64,000 nt of DNA from an uncultured Collinsella sp. Lineage in GTDB: Bacteria > Actinomycetota > Coriobacteriia > Coriobacteriales > Coriobacteriaceae. A program made the position numbers and the translations under genes. The stretch's first letter is position 1; the number at the start of each line of letters is the position of its first letter. The stretch spans positions 95,689-159,688 of the forward strand of contig CAJLVJ010000001.1 in assembly GCA_905210085.1 (NCBI GenBank), written 5' to 3'. The notes beneath the pieces were generated by a model. That model was not told the DNA's origin and searched no databases. It was given only the letters and a program-made list of their open reading frames with translations. Below, in pieces: positions 8,734 to 17,923 of this stretch.

Positions 8734-10593
8734 CTAACCCATGACCGACATGGTGAGCAGCACCGCGGCGATGCAGTACGCCACGCATGAGATCATGACG
8801 GCAATGACGTTCATGGCGGTACCCGACGTATTGAGGTCGTGCTCGTCACGCCAGAACAGCACCATCAGGTAAATCACGGCGCTCATGTTGCCCACCAGGC
8901 AGATGATGGCCGCGATGTTAAAGCAGCCGGTAAAGAGCTGTTCCTCAAGCATAGGGGCATCGAGGAACGCGGCGGTGCGCACCAGCTGCGCACACAGGTA
9001 GGTCACAAGCGAAAGGATCAGGCCCATACCCGTGCTCTGGAAGAAGAATCCCAGGTACGGTTTGGGCTCGTCGTCGTGGCCGTCGTACTCCAAGAAGTAG
9101 TTCTTGACGAACGACACCATGCGCGAGGCAGCAAGCAGCACGAGCGGCATGGCGCACATGGGGAACACCACCAGATGCGCGGAGCCCAGCGCCGTCCCCA
9201 GCACCGTCGCCATAATGCACGAGGCGATGCCCCACACGACGACCCAGTACTGACGATGCACGAACCAGCTGAGCACGTTCGTCGAGTCGTCCGACGCGCT
9301 ATCGCCCGAGCCGACCCCGGCGATCTGCAAGTCCTCCTGATGCTCCTCGGCGATAACGTCCATGGCGTCGTCGAAGGTCACGATACCCAGGATATGACGG
9401 TTCTCGTCGCAGACAGGGATGGCAACCAGGTCGTACTTGGTCATCTCGTCCGTCACGTCTTCCTGGTCCTCATCGGGCGACACGTAGACCAGGTCGCGAT
9501 AGGCGAGCTGGCCCAGCGTGGCGTCGCGATCGGCCACGATCAGCGTGCGCAGCGAAAGCACGCCGGTGAGCATGCCGCTCGGATCCTCGGTATAGACGTA
9601 ATAGACGCTCTCAAAGTCCTCATCGAGTTTGCGAATCGCCTCGATGGCATCGCCGACCGTCGCCGTGGCGGGCAGGGAGACAAACTCCGAGGTCATGATG
9701 CGGCCGGCAGTGTTGTCCTCATAGCCCAGCAGGTTACGAATCGCCTTCTCCTCCTTGACGCCCATCAGGCGCAGGAGCTTCTCGGCCTTCTCATAATCGA
9801 GCTCGTCGATCAGGTCGGCGGCGTCGTCCGGGTCCATCATGGCCAGCATCGACGATGCGTCCGTATCGGACAGGCCCTCGAGCATCTCGGTCATGAGCTC
9901 GTCGTCATCGAACTCCGAGATGGCCTCGGCGGCCTGGGCGGTGTCGAGCTGCGCGAACACCTGCGCGCGCAGGCGCGGGTCGAGCTGCTCGATGATGTCG
10001 GCAATGTCAGCAGGATGCAGCTCGCCAAGCGTCTTGTGCGACACCGAGAGCTGGATGTTCTTAGTCGAGCGATCGAGCAGGTCCATGTAAGACCAGGCGA
10101 TAATGTCCTCGCTGAGCGGCTTGCCAAGGTGCTTCATAAAGCCCTCGACGACGTGCTCGAGCGTGGGGCTAATTGCACGCAGCAGACCGCGGGCGCCGAC
10201 CTCGGCACCCAGCAGGCGCAGCTGATTTTCACCCGACATGGAAAACTTGATGTCGTTTACGCGCACGACCTTCATGCCCTGCGTGTCGACAATCTGCTTG
10301 TTAAGCACGTCGCGGGCAAGCAAGAGTTCGGTCGGCTGCAAGTACGAAAAACGGATTTCGGTGGCCGACGTCTTAAGGTGTACACCCGTCTCGTCGATAC
10401 GGTCGACCCATTTGCGCCAGCTGATCATAAACGGCGTCTTGCCGGGACCACGGAACGCGAGCGACGTCACGTGCGGAAAAACTTCGCCGGTTGCAATGCC
10501 AAAATCGTTAACCACGCCGAGCTTTTCGCCGTCGACGTCCAAGACCGGCAATTTGAGCATCTCACTCAGATAATTCAATGGGCTCCCCATCAT
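8734..10593 (-). CDS. Membrane protein with a PRC-barrel-like N-terminus, MgtE-N-like domain, CBS pair and a non-canonical C-terminal TM domain
   Basis: An acidic helical region (DIADIIEQLDPRLRAQVFAQLD, DPDDAADLIDELD) resembles the MgtE intracellular N domain. It is followed by two CBS-like segments and about 5 hydrophobic helices. The start is near MMGSPLNYLSE. The gene ends 17 nt before the NRAMP-like gene. Confidence 0.7.
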   Translation of the reverse strand: MMGSPLNYLSEMLKLPVLDVDGEKLGVVNDFGIATGEVFPHVTSLAFRGPGKTPFMISWRKWVDRIDETGVHLKTSATEIRFSYLQPTELLLARDVLNKQIVDTQGMKVVRVNDIKFSMSGENQLRLLGAEVGARGLLRAISPTLEHVVEGFMKHLGKPLSEDIIAWSYMDLLDRSTKNIQLSVSHKTLGELHPADIADIIEQLDPRLRAQVFAQLDTAQAAEAISEFDDDELMTEMLEGLSDTDASSMLAMMDPDDAADLIDELDYEKAEKLLRLMGVKEEKAIRNLLGYEDNTAGRIMTSEFVSLPATATVGDAIEAIRKLDEDFESVYYVYTEDPSGMLTGVLSLRTLIVADRDATLGQLAYRDLVYVSPDEDQEDVTDEMTKYDLVAIPVCDENRHILGIVTFDDAMDVIAEEHQEDLQIAGVGSGDSASDDSTNVLSWFVHRQYWVVVWGIASCIMATVLGTALGSAHLVVFPMCAMPLVLLAASRMVSFVKNYFLEYDGHDDEPKPYLGFFFQSTGMGLILSLVTYLCAQLVRTAAFLDAPMLEEQLFTGCFNIAAIICLVGNMSAVIYLMVLFWRDEHDLNTSGTAMNVIAVMISCVAYCIAAVLLTMSVMG

Positions 10594-10922
10594 TATTCCT
10601 GCGGACCGCGCGACCATGCCGGCGCGCAATCCGTGGACTTTTAGATATGTATACGCATGCGCGGGCGGCACGCCGCTCGGCGCTCACACCCCGTGCACGC
10701 GCAGAAAGCACCTGCATGGGGTCATCGACTGTATGGTCGAGGTTTGGATTTCACCTGTAACCTTTCTCTTGACCCTCATTAACCGCAGTAACTATAGCAT
10801 CAGCATCGCGCTGCGGCACCGAATTTATGCACTGCACATCGCAGGCATACCAAACGCTGACGTATCCGTGACATAGAGCCGGATGGGTGTGGTGGGACAA
10901 AGCGATTAAGACCGCCCTAAAC

Positions 10923-10955
10923 GACCAGTCGTTTAAGCACGTCCCCAATGACTAC
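10923..10955. repeat. Family-1 repeat terminus, locus B
   Basis: GACCAGTCGTTTAAGCACGTCCCCAATGACTAC has the same module as 19594-19626 and 23255-23288. It contains the stop codon of the deacetylase gene. Confidence 0.6.
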
Positions 10956-12358
10956 TCTGTGGCGTCGTCGTCCTCGGGGAGTTGGGGGAACACGGCGTTT
11001 TTGGGCATGGAAACCTTGGTGAGCGAGGTGAGCTTTTTGCTCAATGCCGTGTCCGTCTTGACCAGGTCGCTGAGCGTCACGATCTTGTAGCCGTCGGCGA
11101 CAAGGCCATCGATAATCTGCGGCAGCGCCTCGAGCGTCTGCTCGGCGCACTCATCGCTATCGGTGAGCAGCACAATATTGCCCGGCGTCATCGAGTCGAG
11201 CACGGTCGATACTTGCTCGTCGGCGCCGTTGAGCAGCCAGTCACCCGAATCGATATTCCACGAAACCACGGCGGACACCAGATCCATCGAGTCAATCCAG
11301 TTTTGCTCATCAAACGCGGCGTAGGGGGCGCGCAGCAACATCGTCTCGACGCCGGTCGCCGACTTAATCGCCTCGGTGCCCTTCGTGATCTGCTTGCGTA
11401 CCGTCTCGCGATCCTCGCCCTTGAGCGAATCATCGCTGTAGCTGTTGGAGCCGATCTCGCACCCGGCATCGGCAATCGCTTTGGCAGTAGCGGGCGAGGC
11501 TTCCGCGGCATCGCCCGAAAGGAAGAACGTCGCCGTGACGCCCTTTTCCTTGAGCACCTGCAAGATCTGCTTGGTCGCGCCGCTCGGACCCTCGTCAAAT
11601 GTCAGGGCCACGTACTTTTCGTTGCCCTTGGGCGCCACGCTTGCGCACTCGACTACGCAGTCGGTGGCGGGCACGACTTCGCCGCGGTCCTGCGTCTTGC
11701 CCGACTGCTCGCCGACCCATACCTCGGAGCGGCCCTGAACGCCCCAGGTTTTGACATACTCAATGGCACCCGTGCCCTCGACCTTAAGCTTTGGCTCGAT
11801 AGTCGTGGCTTGGACCTCGTGCTTTTCGTACGCGTTGCGGCCGTCCTTGACCGTCACCTTCTCACCACCCGTAAGCTCGCGACTATCCCATTTGCCTCGC
11901 TTCACGCGCTTGCCGTCGACCTTCACCGACAGCTTTTCGCCGCCATGGCGCTTGAGCACGCTGTCGTCGACGGCCAGCAGATCGCCGGCGTCGTACGTTT
12001 CGGTCAGGCTTTGATCGTCGATAAGATTCTGCAACGTAGAGCCCACGCGCACCGCGGTCTTTTGCCCGTTGAGTTCCACGTCCACGCTGCGGTTGACGTA
12101 GCCCACGACGGCAGCGATAAACAGCACGAGCGCGCAACCCACGGCGATGAGCGCATAGGGCAGGCGGGACGGTCGGCGCGGCGAGCGCCCGTTGCCGATG
12201 CGCGCGCTGCGATCGCTAAACCCACGGCTATGGTTGAGGTACATCGCGCCGGGCTTACGGCGACGTCGACGCTGACCGCTGGGCAGCTGCCCCAGGTCGC
12301 GGCGCGCCGTCGGACGCGCATCCGAGCGCCCGTTTAAGTTAGATCCGTTTTGGCGCAT
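10952..12358 (-). CDS. Polysaccharide deacetylase (NodB homology domain) with an N-terminal TM anchor and beta-rich extracellular domains
   Basis: YVALTFDEGPS...TATFFLSGD...GCEIGSNSYSD are NodB motifs. The N-terminal Arg-rich tail and TM helix, followed by repeated beta-rich modules, resemble DUF348/G5 architectures. The start is uncertain. Confidence 0.8.
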   Translation of the reverse strand: MRQNGSNLNGRSDARPTARRDLGQLPSGQRRRRRKPGAMYLNHSRGFSDRSARIGNGRSPRRPSRLPYALIAVGCALVLFIAAVVGYVNRSVDVELNGQKTAVRVGSTLQNLIDDQSLTETYDAGDLLAVDDSVLKRHGGEKLSVKVDGKRVKRGKWDSRELTGGEKVTVKDGRNAYEKHEVQATTIEPKLKVEGTGAIEYVKTWGVQGRSEVWVGEQSGKTQDRGEVVPATDCVVECASVAPKGNEKYVALTFDEGPSGATKQILQVLKEKGVTATFFLSGDAAEASPATAKAIADAGCEIGSNSYSDDSLKGEDRETVRKQITKGTEAIKSATGVETMLLRAPYAAFDEQNWIDSMDLVSAVVSWNIDSGDWLLNGADEQVSTVLDSMTPGNIVLLTDSDECAEQTLEALPQIIDGLVADGYKIVTLSDLVKTDTALSKKLTSLTKVSMPKNAVFPQLPEDDDATE

Positions 12359-12430
12359 GTGCCCTCCCCCATAAACACAGCGAGCCGGAGCAACATGTCT
12401 CCGGCTCGCCTCCCATCATTTGGTACGTCG

Positions 12431-13186
12431 CTATTTGCTAGCTTTTGACGAGCCCCCGCTCGCCTTTTGATATTCGTCCTTAAAGGCCTTGAACATACCG
12501 CGCGTCTTGCCGAGCTGCTTGCCCAGTGCGCGGCTGCCCTTGTCCACGGCGACCGATCCCTTGTCATCGAGCACCTTGGCGCCCTTCTTGACCTTATCGC
12601 CCACCACGACACTGGCCTCGGCAGCCTTGGCGGCCGCGCCGCCCGAATACCCGAGCGCCTTGACCTCGTCCGAGACAATCATCGCGCCGTTCTCGTAGCC
12701 GCGCAGCATCGTCGGCGGCACCTGCGTATCGCCCACCAACATGCTCGATGCGGCACCGGCGGTCACATAGAACGTCTGTACAATGCCCGAACGCGGCTTG
12801 AACTCAACGTCCGAGCAGTAGCCCACGGCATCGCCCGATTCCGTGCGCACGTCCATGCCAACCCAGATGATGCAATCGTCCAGGTTGATATCGAGACGCT
12901 TGGCCGCGGCGGCATCGTAGGTGCCCTTGACGTCGTCGACCGCGACAGCACCCTCATAGACGCCGATGGCATCGAGCGCCACAAACCGGTCGGGGCGCTC
13001 GATCATGCCCGCGATATCGGACTGGCGGACCATAAAGCCCACCACGCGCGTGCCGCCCGGGGTAAAGACGGGAAAGTGAATCTTGCCGAGCTTCTTAGGG
13101 CTGCGCGGCGTGCCGTCCTTTTTGGTGCGCTTGTCTTCGGCAGGCTTACGATAAACCTTGACGCCGACAAAATCCCCTGCGCGCAT
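12431..13186 (-). CDS. PRC-barrel-like domain protein
   Basis: The 251-aa ORF shows coding-type third-position GC bias and its start overlaps the upstream gene's stop. The KIHFPVFTPGGTRVVGFMV segments look like a PRC barrel. The function is unknown. Confidence 0.55.
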   Translation of the reverse strand: MRAGDFVGVKVYRKPAEDKRTKKDGTPRSPKKLGKIHFPVFTPGGTRVVGFMVRQSDIAGMIERPDRFVALDAIGVYEGAVAVDDVKGTYDAAAAKRLDINLDDCIIWVGMDVRTESGDAVGYCSDVEFKPRSGIVQTFYVTAGAASSMLVGDTQVPPTMLRGYENGAMIVSDEVKALGYSGGAAAKAAEASVVVGDKVKKGAKVLDDKGSVAVDKGSRALGKQLGKTRGMFKAFKDEYQKASGGSSKASK

Positions 13187-13575
13187 TATGCCTCGGTTGA
13201 GGGCTCCGTGGCCTCGGTACCGGCCTCGGTGACGTTCTCGACCACGACGTCGGCAGCGGGCGTCACGTTGCCGCCCGAGATGGCGTCGTTGAGCTGCTCG
13301 CGAAGCTGGTCCATGCGCTCGCGGGCCAGGTCGACCTTGGCGCGCAGGTCATCGGTCTTGGCGTCGACCATCGGACCAAAGTCATTGACCGCGGCACGGG
13401 CCTCCTCGGCACTGTGCTCGTAGGCGTCACGCATGTTGTCCCAGGCATCGTTGGCGATATCGGCGGCCATGGCGCGGGTCTCGGCACCCGAGCGCGGGGC
13501 CAGGGCAACGCCGATGATAGCGCCGGCGGCGGCACCAAAGAGCGCACCGGAGACAAAGCTGAAAGTCTTTCCCAT
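13186..13575 (-). CDS. YtxH-domain protein
   Basis: MGKTFSFVSGALFGAAAGAIIGVALAPRSGAETR is the typical YtxH N-terminal helix motif. The start at ATG 13575-13573 is preceded by AGGAGAGGAA. Confidence 0.7.
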   Translation of the reverse strand: MGKTFSFVSGALFGAAAGAIIGVALAPRSGAETRAMAADIANDAWDNMRDAYEHSAEEARAAVNDFGPMVDAKTDDLRAKVDLARERMDQLREQLNDAISGGNVTPAADVVVENVTEAGTEATEPSTEA

Positions 13576-13711
13576 GATCATTCCTCTCCTGCGGGCACCT
13601 CGATGCCCACCGTTTGAATGCTGTCCATTATACCCGCAGCGCAACACTTGCCGTCGCGCTCATCTGCGTACGGTAAAAGCGCAGGTACATGATGGTGATA
13701 AGCGAGCGAAC

Positions 13712-14545
13712 CTACTCCTGCGACATGGCAGGCATGGCCACCGTGGCGGCCGGGCTCTCGCCGGCGCCATCGACCAGCGGCAGGTTGCCCTCGTGCGCCG
13801 AGCCGGACGGAGCCGTTGCCGCACCGCCAAAGACGGCCGCGGGGGCCTCGTGGTTCTCGGCGACCGCACCCTCGGTATCGATTGGCATCTGCGGCTCGTC
13901 GTCAAAGCTCGGGACGCCTTGGGGCTCCGCAGGCTCGGGCTCGGCAGGCGCCTCGGCAACGGGCTCAGTGTCGGCGTCGGCAAGAGCGTCGCCCTCGGGC
14001 GCGTCCTCGGCCACGTCCTCGCCGTTCGCAGCGGCAACGGCCTCGTGCGGGTCCTTGCCCTCGGCCTCGGCACGCATGCCCAGCACCAGGTTGCGCAGGC
14101 CCGCGACCGTGCCTTCCACGTCGGGGGCCGGCTGGTCGGCGTGCAGGTACGCCCAGTCCATCATAAAGGTCGCCGAAGACAGCGCGCCAATGGCCAACGC
14201 GTCATCGGGACACGAAAGCTCAACCTCAAAGACACGCTCGTCATGCTCGCTCACGCGCGTGCGACCGCACGAGATGCTGCCGGCAAGACCGGTCTCGTTC
14301 ATGAGCTCGACCGTCACGTGCTCCAGCAGGTGGCAAAGCTCGGTCTGGCCCATGCAGTCCTGGAACTCGCGACCCGAATCGCCCAGGCACAGATGCTTGG
14401 CAATCGCGGGCACCAGGTAGTACACGCGCGCCGTGGCCTCGATATCCTCCGAGGTCATGAGCGGCATGCCGGGGTTCACCAGCACGTGCGCGCAAATCTT
14501 GTCCTCGCTGACGGTGACCTTAAGGATATTGAACAGGCCTGCCAT
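13712..14545 (-). CDS. Hypothetical protein with a globular N-terminal domain and an acidic Ala/Pro/Glu-rich tail
   Basis: The ATG is preceded by GGGGAGAG. The N-terminal 150 aa (HLCLGDSGREFQDCMGQTELCHLLEHVTVELMNETG...GRTRV) is reminiscent of the cyanophycin-synthetase N-terminal domain family. That similarity is from memory and unverified. Confidence 0.6.
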   Translation of the reverse strand: MAGLFNILKVTVSEDKICAHVLVNPGMPLMTSEDIEATARVYYLVPAIAKHLCLGDSGREFQDCMGQTELCHLLEHVTVELMNETGLAGSISCGRTRVSEHDERVFEVELSCPDDALAIGALSSATFMMDWAYLHADQPAPDVEGTVAGLRNLVLGMRAEAEGKDPHEAVAAANGEDVAEDAPEGDALADADTEPVAEAPAEPEPAEPQGVPSFDDEPQMPIDTEGAVAENHEAPAAVFGGAATAPSGSAHEGNLPLVDGAGESPAATVAMPAMSQE

Positions 14546-14569
14546 AACTCTCCCCTACTCTTCCTTGCC

Positions 14570-15943
14570 CTACTCGTCGCCATCGTGCGGATCCGCAGAG
14601 CCCGCACCCGACGCCGCCGGCTTCTCTGCCGAGGACTCGGAATCCTTCTTATCGGTTTCGGCCGGAGCGATCACGCGAATGAGCGAGATGCGCTGGCCAC
14701 GCATCGACTGTACCTTGAACTTGTACCCTGCGACCTCAAATACCTCTCCGATGTCGGGCACCGAGTCGCAAAGCTCCAAAATCCAGCCAGCGATGGTCTC
14801 ATAATCATCGCTTTCCTCGAGCGGCCAACCAAGCTCAATCGCGTCATCGCACGAAAAACGCCCATCGACGAGCCACTCGCGGCGCGAAAGGCGCGTGAGG
14901 TACTTGTTGTCGGGGTCGAACTCGTCCTCGATTTCGCCGACGATCTCCTCGACGATATCTTCGATGGTGATGATGCCGGCCGTGCCGCCGTACTCGTCCA
15001 CGACGACCACGATCTGGTCGTGCGAGGTCTGCATCTCGGACAGCAGCGGCAGGATGTCCTTGGTGTCGGGCACAAAGGTGGCGTCGCGCAGGTAATCGGC
15101 GATGGGCTGGTCGCCCTTGCCGTCGAGCGCGGGCTGGATCAGGTCCTTGATGTGCGCGATGCCCGCGACGTTGTCGGGATCCTCGTGATACACCGGGATG
15201 CGGCTGAAACCGGTCTGGCGCATGGTGGACAACACGTCGGCGACTGTCTCGTCGTCCTCGCACATAGTGGTGTCCACGCGCGGCACCATGACCTCGCGAG
15301 CCACGGTGTCGCCCAGGTCGAAGATCTCGTGGATCATGCGCTTTTCCTCGTCGAGCAGGTCGTCCTGCTCCGAGACCATGTACTTGATCTCTTCCTCCGA
15401 GACGTTCTGGCGGTCGTCGGCGCTCTTGATGCGCAGGATGCGGGCCAGACCATCGGAGCAAGCGCCGGTCAGCCACACGAGCGGACGGGCGATCTTTTGG
15501 AACACGGAGAGCGGTCCCACGACCTGCTTGGATACGCCTTCGGCGTTAGCGAGGCCGATGCGCTTGGGCACGAGTTCGCCAATCACGATGGACACAAAGG
15601 CGACGGCGACGGTGATGATGACCGGCGCCAGGCCGCGCGCAATGGCAGAGAGCGGCGCGATGCCAAAGCTCATGAGCCACGTGGCAAGCGGGTCGGACAG
15701 GCTCGTCGAGGCGACGGCGGACGAAGCAAAGCCCACGAGCGTGATGGCAACCTGGATGGTGGCCAACAGTTGATCGGAGTCGGCGGCGAGCTGGACGGCG
15801 CGCTCGGCGCGCTTATCGCCCTCCTCGGCATCGTGCTCCAACACGGCGCGCTTAGCCGTGGTGAGAGCCATCTCGGACATGGAGAAGTAGCCGTTGATAA
15901 GCGTCAGGACGAGGGTAGTGATAAGGGAGATGGTTATGTCCAT
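14570..15943 (-). CDS. CNNM/DUF21-CBS-CorC_HlyC family protein (putative Mg2+/Co2+ efflux, hemolysin-family annotation)
   Basis: It has an N-terminal 4-TM DUF21-like region, a CBS pair (REVMVPRVD..., IPVYHEDPDNVAGIAHIKD) and a C-terminal CorC/HlyC-like domain. Confidence 0.85.
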   Translation of the reverse strand: MDITISLITTLVLTLINGYFSMSEMALTTAKRAVLEHDAEEGDKRAERAVQLAADSDQLLATIQVAITLVGFASSAVASTSLSDPLATWLMSFGIAPLSAIARGLAPVIITVAVAFVSIVIGELVPKRIGLANAEGVSKQVVGPLSVFQKIARPLVWLTGACSDGLARILRIKSADDRQNVSEEEIKYMVSEQDDLLDEEKRMIHEIFDLGDTVAREVMVPRVDTTMCEDDETVADVLSTMRQTGFSRIPVYHEDPDNVAGIAHIKDLIQPALDGKGDQPIADYLRDATFVPDTKDILPLLSEMQTSHDQIVVVVDEYGGTAGIITIEDIVEEIVGEIEDEFDPDNKYLTRLSRREWLVDGRFSCDDAIELGWPLEESDDYETIAGWILELCDSVPDIGEVFEVAGYKFKVQSMRGQRISLIRVIAPAETDKKDSESSAEKPAASGAGSADPHDGDE

Positions 15944-16050
15944 CGGGAGTTTCTCGAACCTCCAAGATTCGGGACGTTAGGGTAAAACGTTGATGGCGGA
16001 TACGGCAATTGCGCCGGTCGCCCGCGAGAGCGGGGCCGTGGGCGCGGTCG

Positions 16051-16752
16051 CTAGATTACGAAGAGGATCACCGCCATGAACTGGAAGATACTGCCGGCGA
16101 GCACCCACAAGTGGAAAACACTGTGCAGGTAGCGCACGTTTTTGGCGATGTAGAACGGCACGCCCACGGTATAGCACACGCCGCCGACGGCAAGCAGGGC
16201 AAGTGCCACGGGGTTGAGCAGCGCCACAAGTTCGGGCAGCTTAAAGACAACGAGCCAGCCCATCAGCAGGTAGACCAGGCCGCTTACCCAGTGCGGTTGA
16301 CGCTCGCGCATAAAGCACTCGAGGGCGATGCCGATAATGGCGATGGCCCATACGGCAAAGAACAGCGCAGGGCCGCCGTCGTCTGCAAGCGTGATGAGGC
16401 AAAACGGCGTATAGCTGCCGGCTATGAGCAGGTAGATGCAGCTGTGGTCGATGATGCGAAACACGCGCTTGGCGCCCGCGGGCTGAATCGCGTGGTAGAG
16501 CGTGGAGGCCAGATATTCAAGAATAATGCTGACACCATAGACAATCGCCGCGGCCATGTGGGCCGGACCTCCGCCGCGCAGGGCAGCGAATACGATCAGG
16601 AGCACCAGGCCCGCGATACCCAGCAGGCAGCCGACACCATGGGTGACGGAGTTCATGATCTCCTCGCCCACCGTGTAGTGTGGAACGGCCGCGGTCTTGG
16701 GTCGCGGCTTGGAACTGTCGCTCGAATCGGACATGCCGGTTACATCCTCCAA
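16051..16752 (-). CDS. Hemolysin III / PAQR-family membrane protein
   Basis: EEIMNSVTHGVG, YLASTLYH and IDHSCIYLLIAGSYTP are Hly-III family motifs, and there are seven hydrophobic helices. Confidence 0.85.
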   Translation of the reverse strand: MEDVTGMSDSSDSSKPRPKTAAVPHYTVGEEIMNSVTHGVGCLLGIAGLVLLIVFAALRGGGPAHMAAAIVYGVSIILEYLASTLYHAIQPAGAKRVFRIIDHSCIYLLIAGSYTPFCLITLADDGGPALFFAVWAIAIIGIALECFMRERQPHWVSGLVYLLMGWLVVFKLPELVALLNPVALALLAVGGVCYTVGVPFYIAKNVRYLHSVFHLWVLAGSIFQFMAVILFVI

Positions 16753-16920
16753 CGTAAAGAGTTCTCAACACTATATCAAAGCGTCTAGGTACGTGCGAAA
16801 TTTGCACCGCATGTGACCCTTTGTTTACCCATTCTTTGCTTGTTGACGCATCAACGGCGAACGTCCATAATGCGCTTGTTTTAAATGTTGATGTATTAAC
16901 ATCTTATAGGAAAGCTTCTC

Positions 16921-17886
16921 ATGTCTCAAAACGCACGTTCCCATCGAAAGCTTAAGATAACCGTCGTTGTTGCGTTGGCGCTCGTTGTCACGTTGCTCGG
17001 GTTTGCCGGCAACTTTTTGTTTGACTTTGCCTTGAACCCCCAAGCGCCGTACACCATGAAGATGATGCAGGATAGCAAGAACGACAAAGAAGGTGAGCAG
17101 CCGGATGCCGAGGACACCGAGGCGCGGGCATGGTTTAAAGAGAACCGCAAGAGCAGCAGCCTCACCGTAGATGACGGAACCGAGCTCGCCGCTTGGTATT
17201 TTGCTGCTTCGGAGAGCACGCACGACTACGCCGTCTGCCTGCATGGATATACCAACGAGCCCATTGGTATGGCCCGATACGCCAAACGATTCCATGACCG
17301 CGGAATGAACGTACTCGCACCCGCCGCCCGCGCCCACGAGCGCTCCGGCGGCGACTATATCGGCATGGGCTGGCCCGAGCGCCTCGACATCGTCGCATGG
17401 ATCGAGCGAATCGTTCAGGCTGACCCCGAGGCGCGTATCCTGGTCTTTGGCGAGTCGATGGGTGCGGCAACCGCCATGAACGTCGCGGGGGAATCTCTGC
17501 CCGCAAACGTGAAATGCATTATCGAGGACTGCGGGTATACGAGTGTTTGGGACGAGTTTTCTCTGCAGCTCAAAGACGTGTTCGGCCTGCCCAGCTTTCC
17601 CTTGCTCGATGTAGCAAACTTGGTGTGCAACGTGCGCGCAGGCTACGACTTTCATAGGGCGAGCAGTGTGGAGCAACTCAAACACGCGACGGTTCCCATG
17701 CTGTTTATCCACGGCGACCAGGACACCTTTGTGCCGTACGACATGCTCGACCAAAACTACGACGCGTGCGCCAGCAAGGTCAAGCAAAAGCTCACCATCC
17801 ATGGCGCCACCCACGCCAAGAGCGCGCAAGTTGACCCCGAGCTCTACTGGAACACGGTCAACAACTTCCTCGACGAGTATTTTTAG
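16921..17886 (+). CDS. Alpha/beta-fold hydrolase with an N-terminal membrane anchor
   Basis: The GESMG nucleophile elbow is present, along with the downstream Asp/His context (HGDQDTFVP, HGATHA). Confidence 0.8.
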   Translation: MSQNARSHRKLKITVVVALALVVTLLGFAGNFLFDFALNPQAPYTMKMMQDSKNDKEGEQPDAEDTEARAWFKENRKSSSLTVDDGTELAAWYFAASESTHDYAVCLHGYTNEPIGMARYAKRFHDRGMNVLAPAARAHERSGGDYIGMGWPERLDIVAWIERIVQADPEARILVFGESMGAATAMNVAGESLPANVKCIIEDCGYTSVWDEFSLQLKDVFGLPSFPLLDVANLVCNVRAGYDFHRASSVEQLKHATVPMLFIHGDQDTFVPYDMLDQNYDACASKVKQKLTIHGATHAKSAQVDPELYWNTVNNFLDEYF

Positions 17887-17923
17887 GCAAAAAGCAACGT
17901 CTGGGGCTTTATCTGACCCCCTA

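Noticed and set aside
10594-10922. Calling an M-box riboswitch upstream of the Mg transporter operon.
   Set aside because: Only weak partial matches to the conserved M-box core were seen by eye. This cannot be supported without a covariance-model search, so it is kept as a question only.
13433-15985. Very long ORFs in the track that might look like large novel proteins: 13433-15985 (850 aa), 19878-22445 (855 aa), 35601-37757 (718 aa), 8839-10644 (601 aa), 55659-57233 (524 aa), 47219-48724 (501 aa) and 442-1482 (346 aa).
   Set aside because: Each lies exactly antisense to a gene with clear family motifs. Their translations are dominated by R/H/G/A/D/L runs with no recognisable motifs. These are typical shadow ORFs of high-GC coding DNA.
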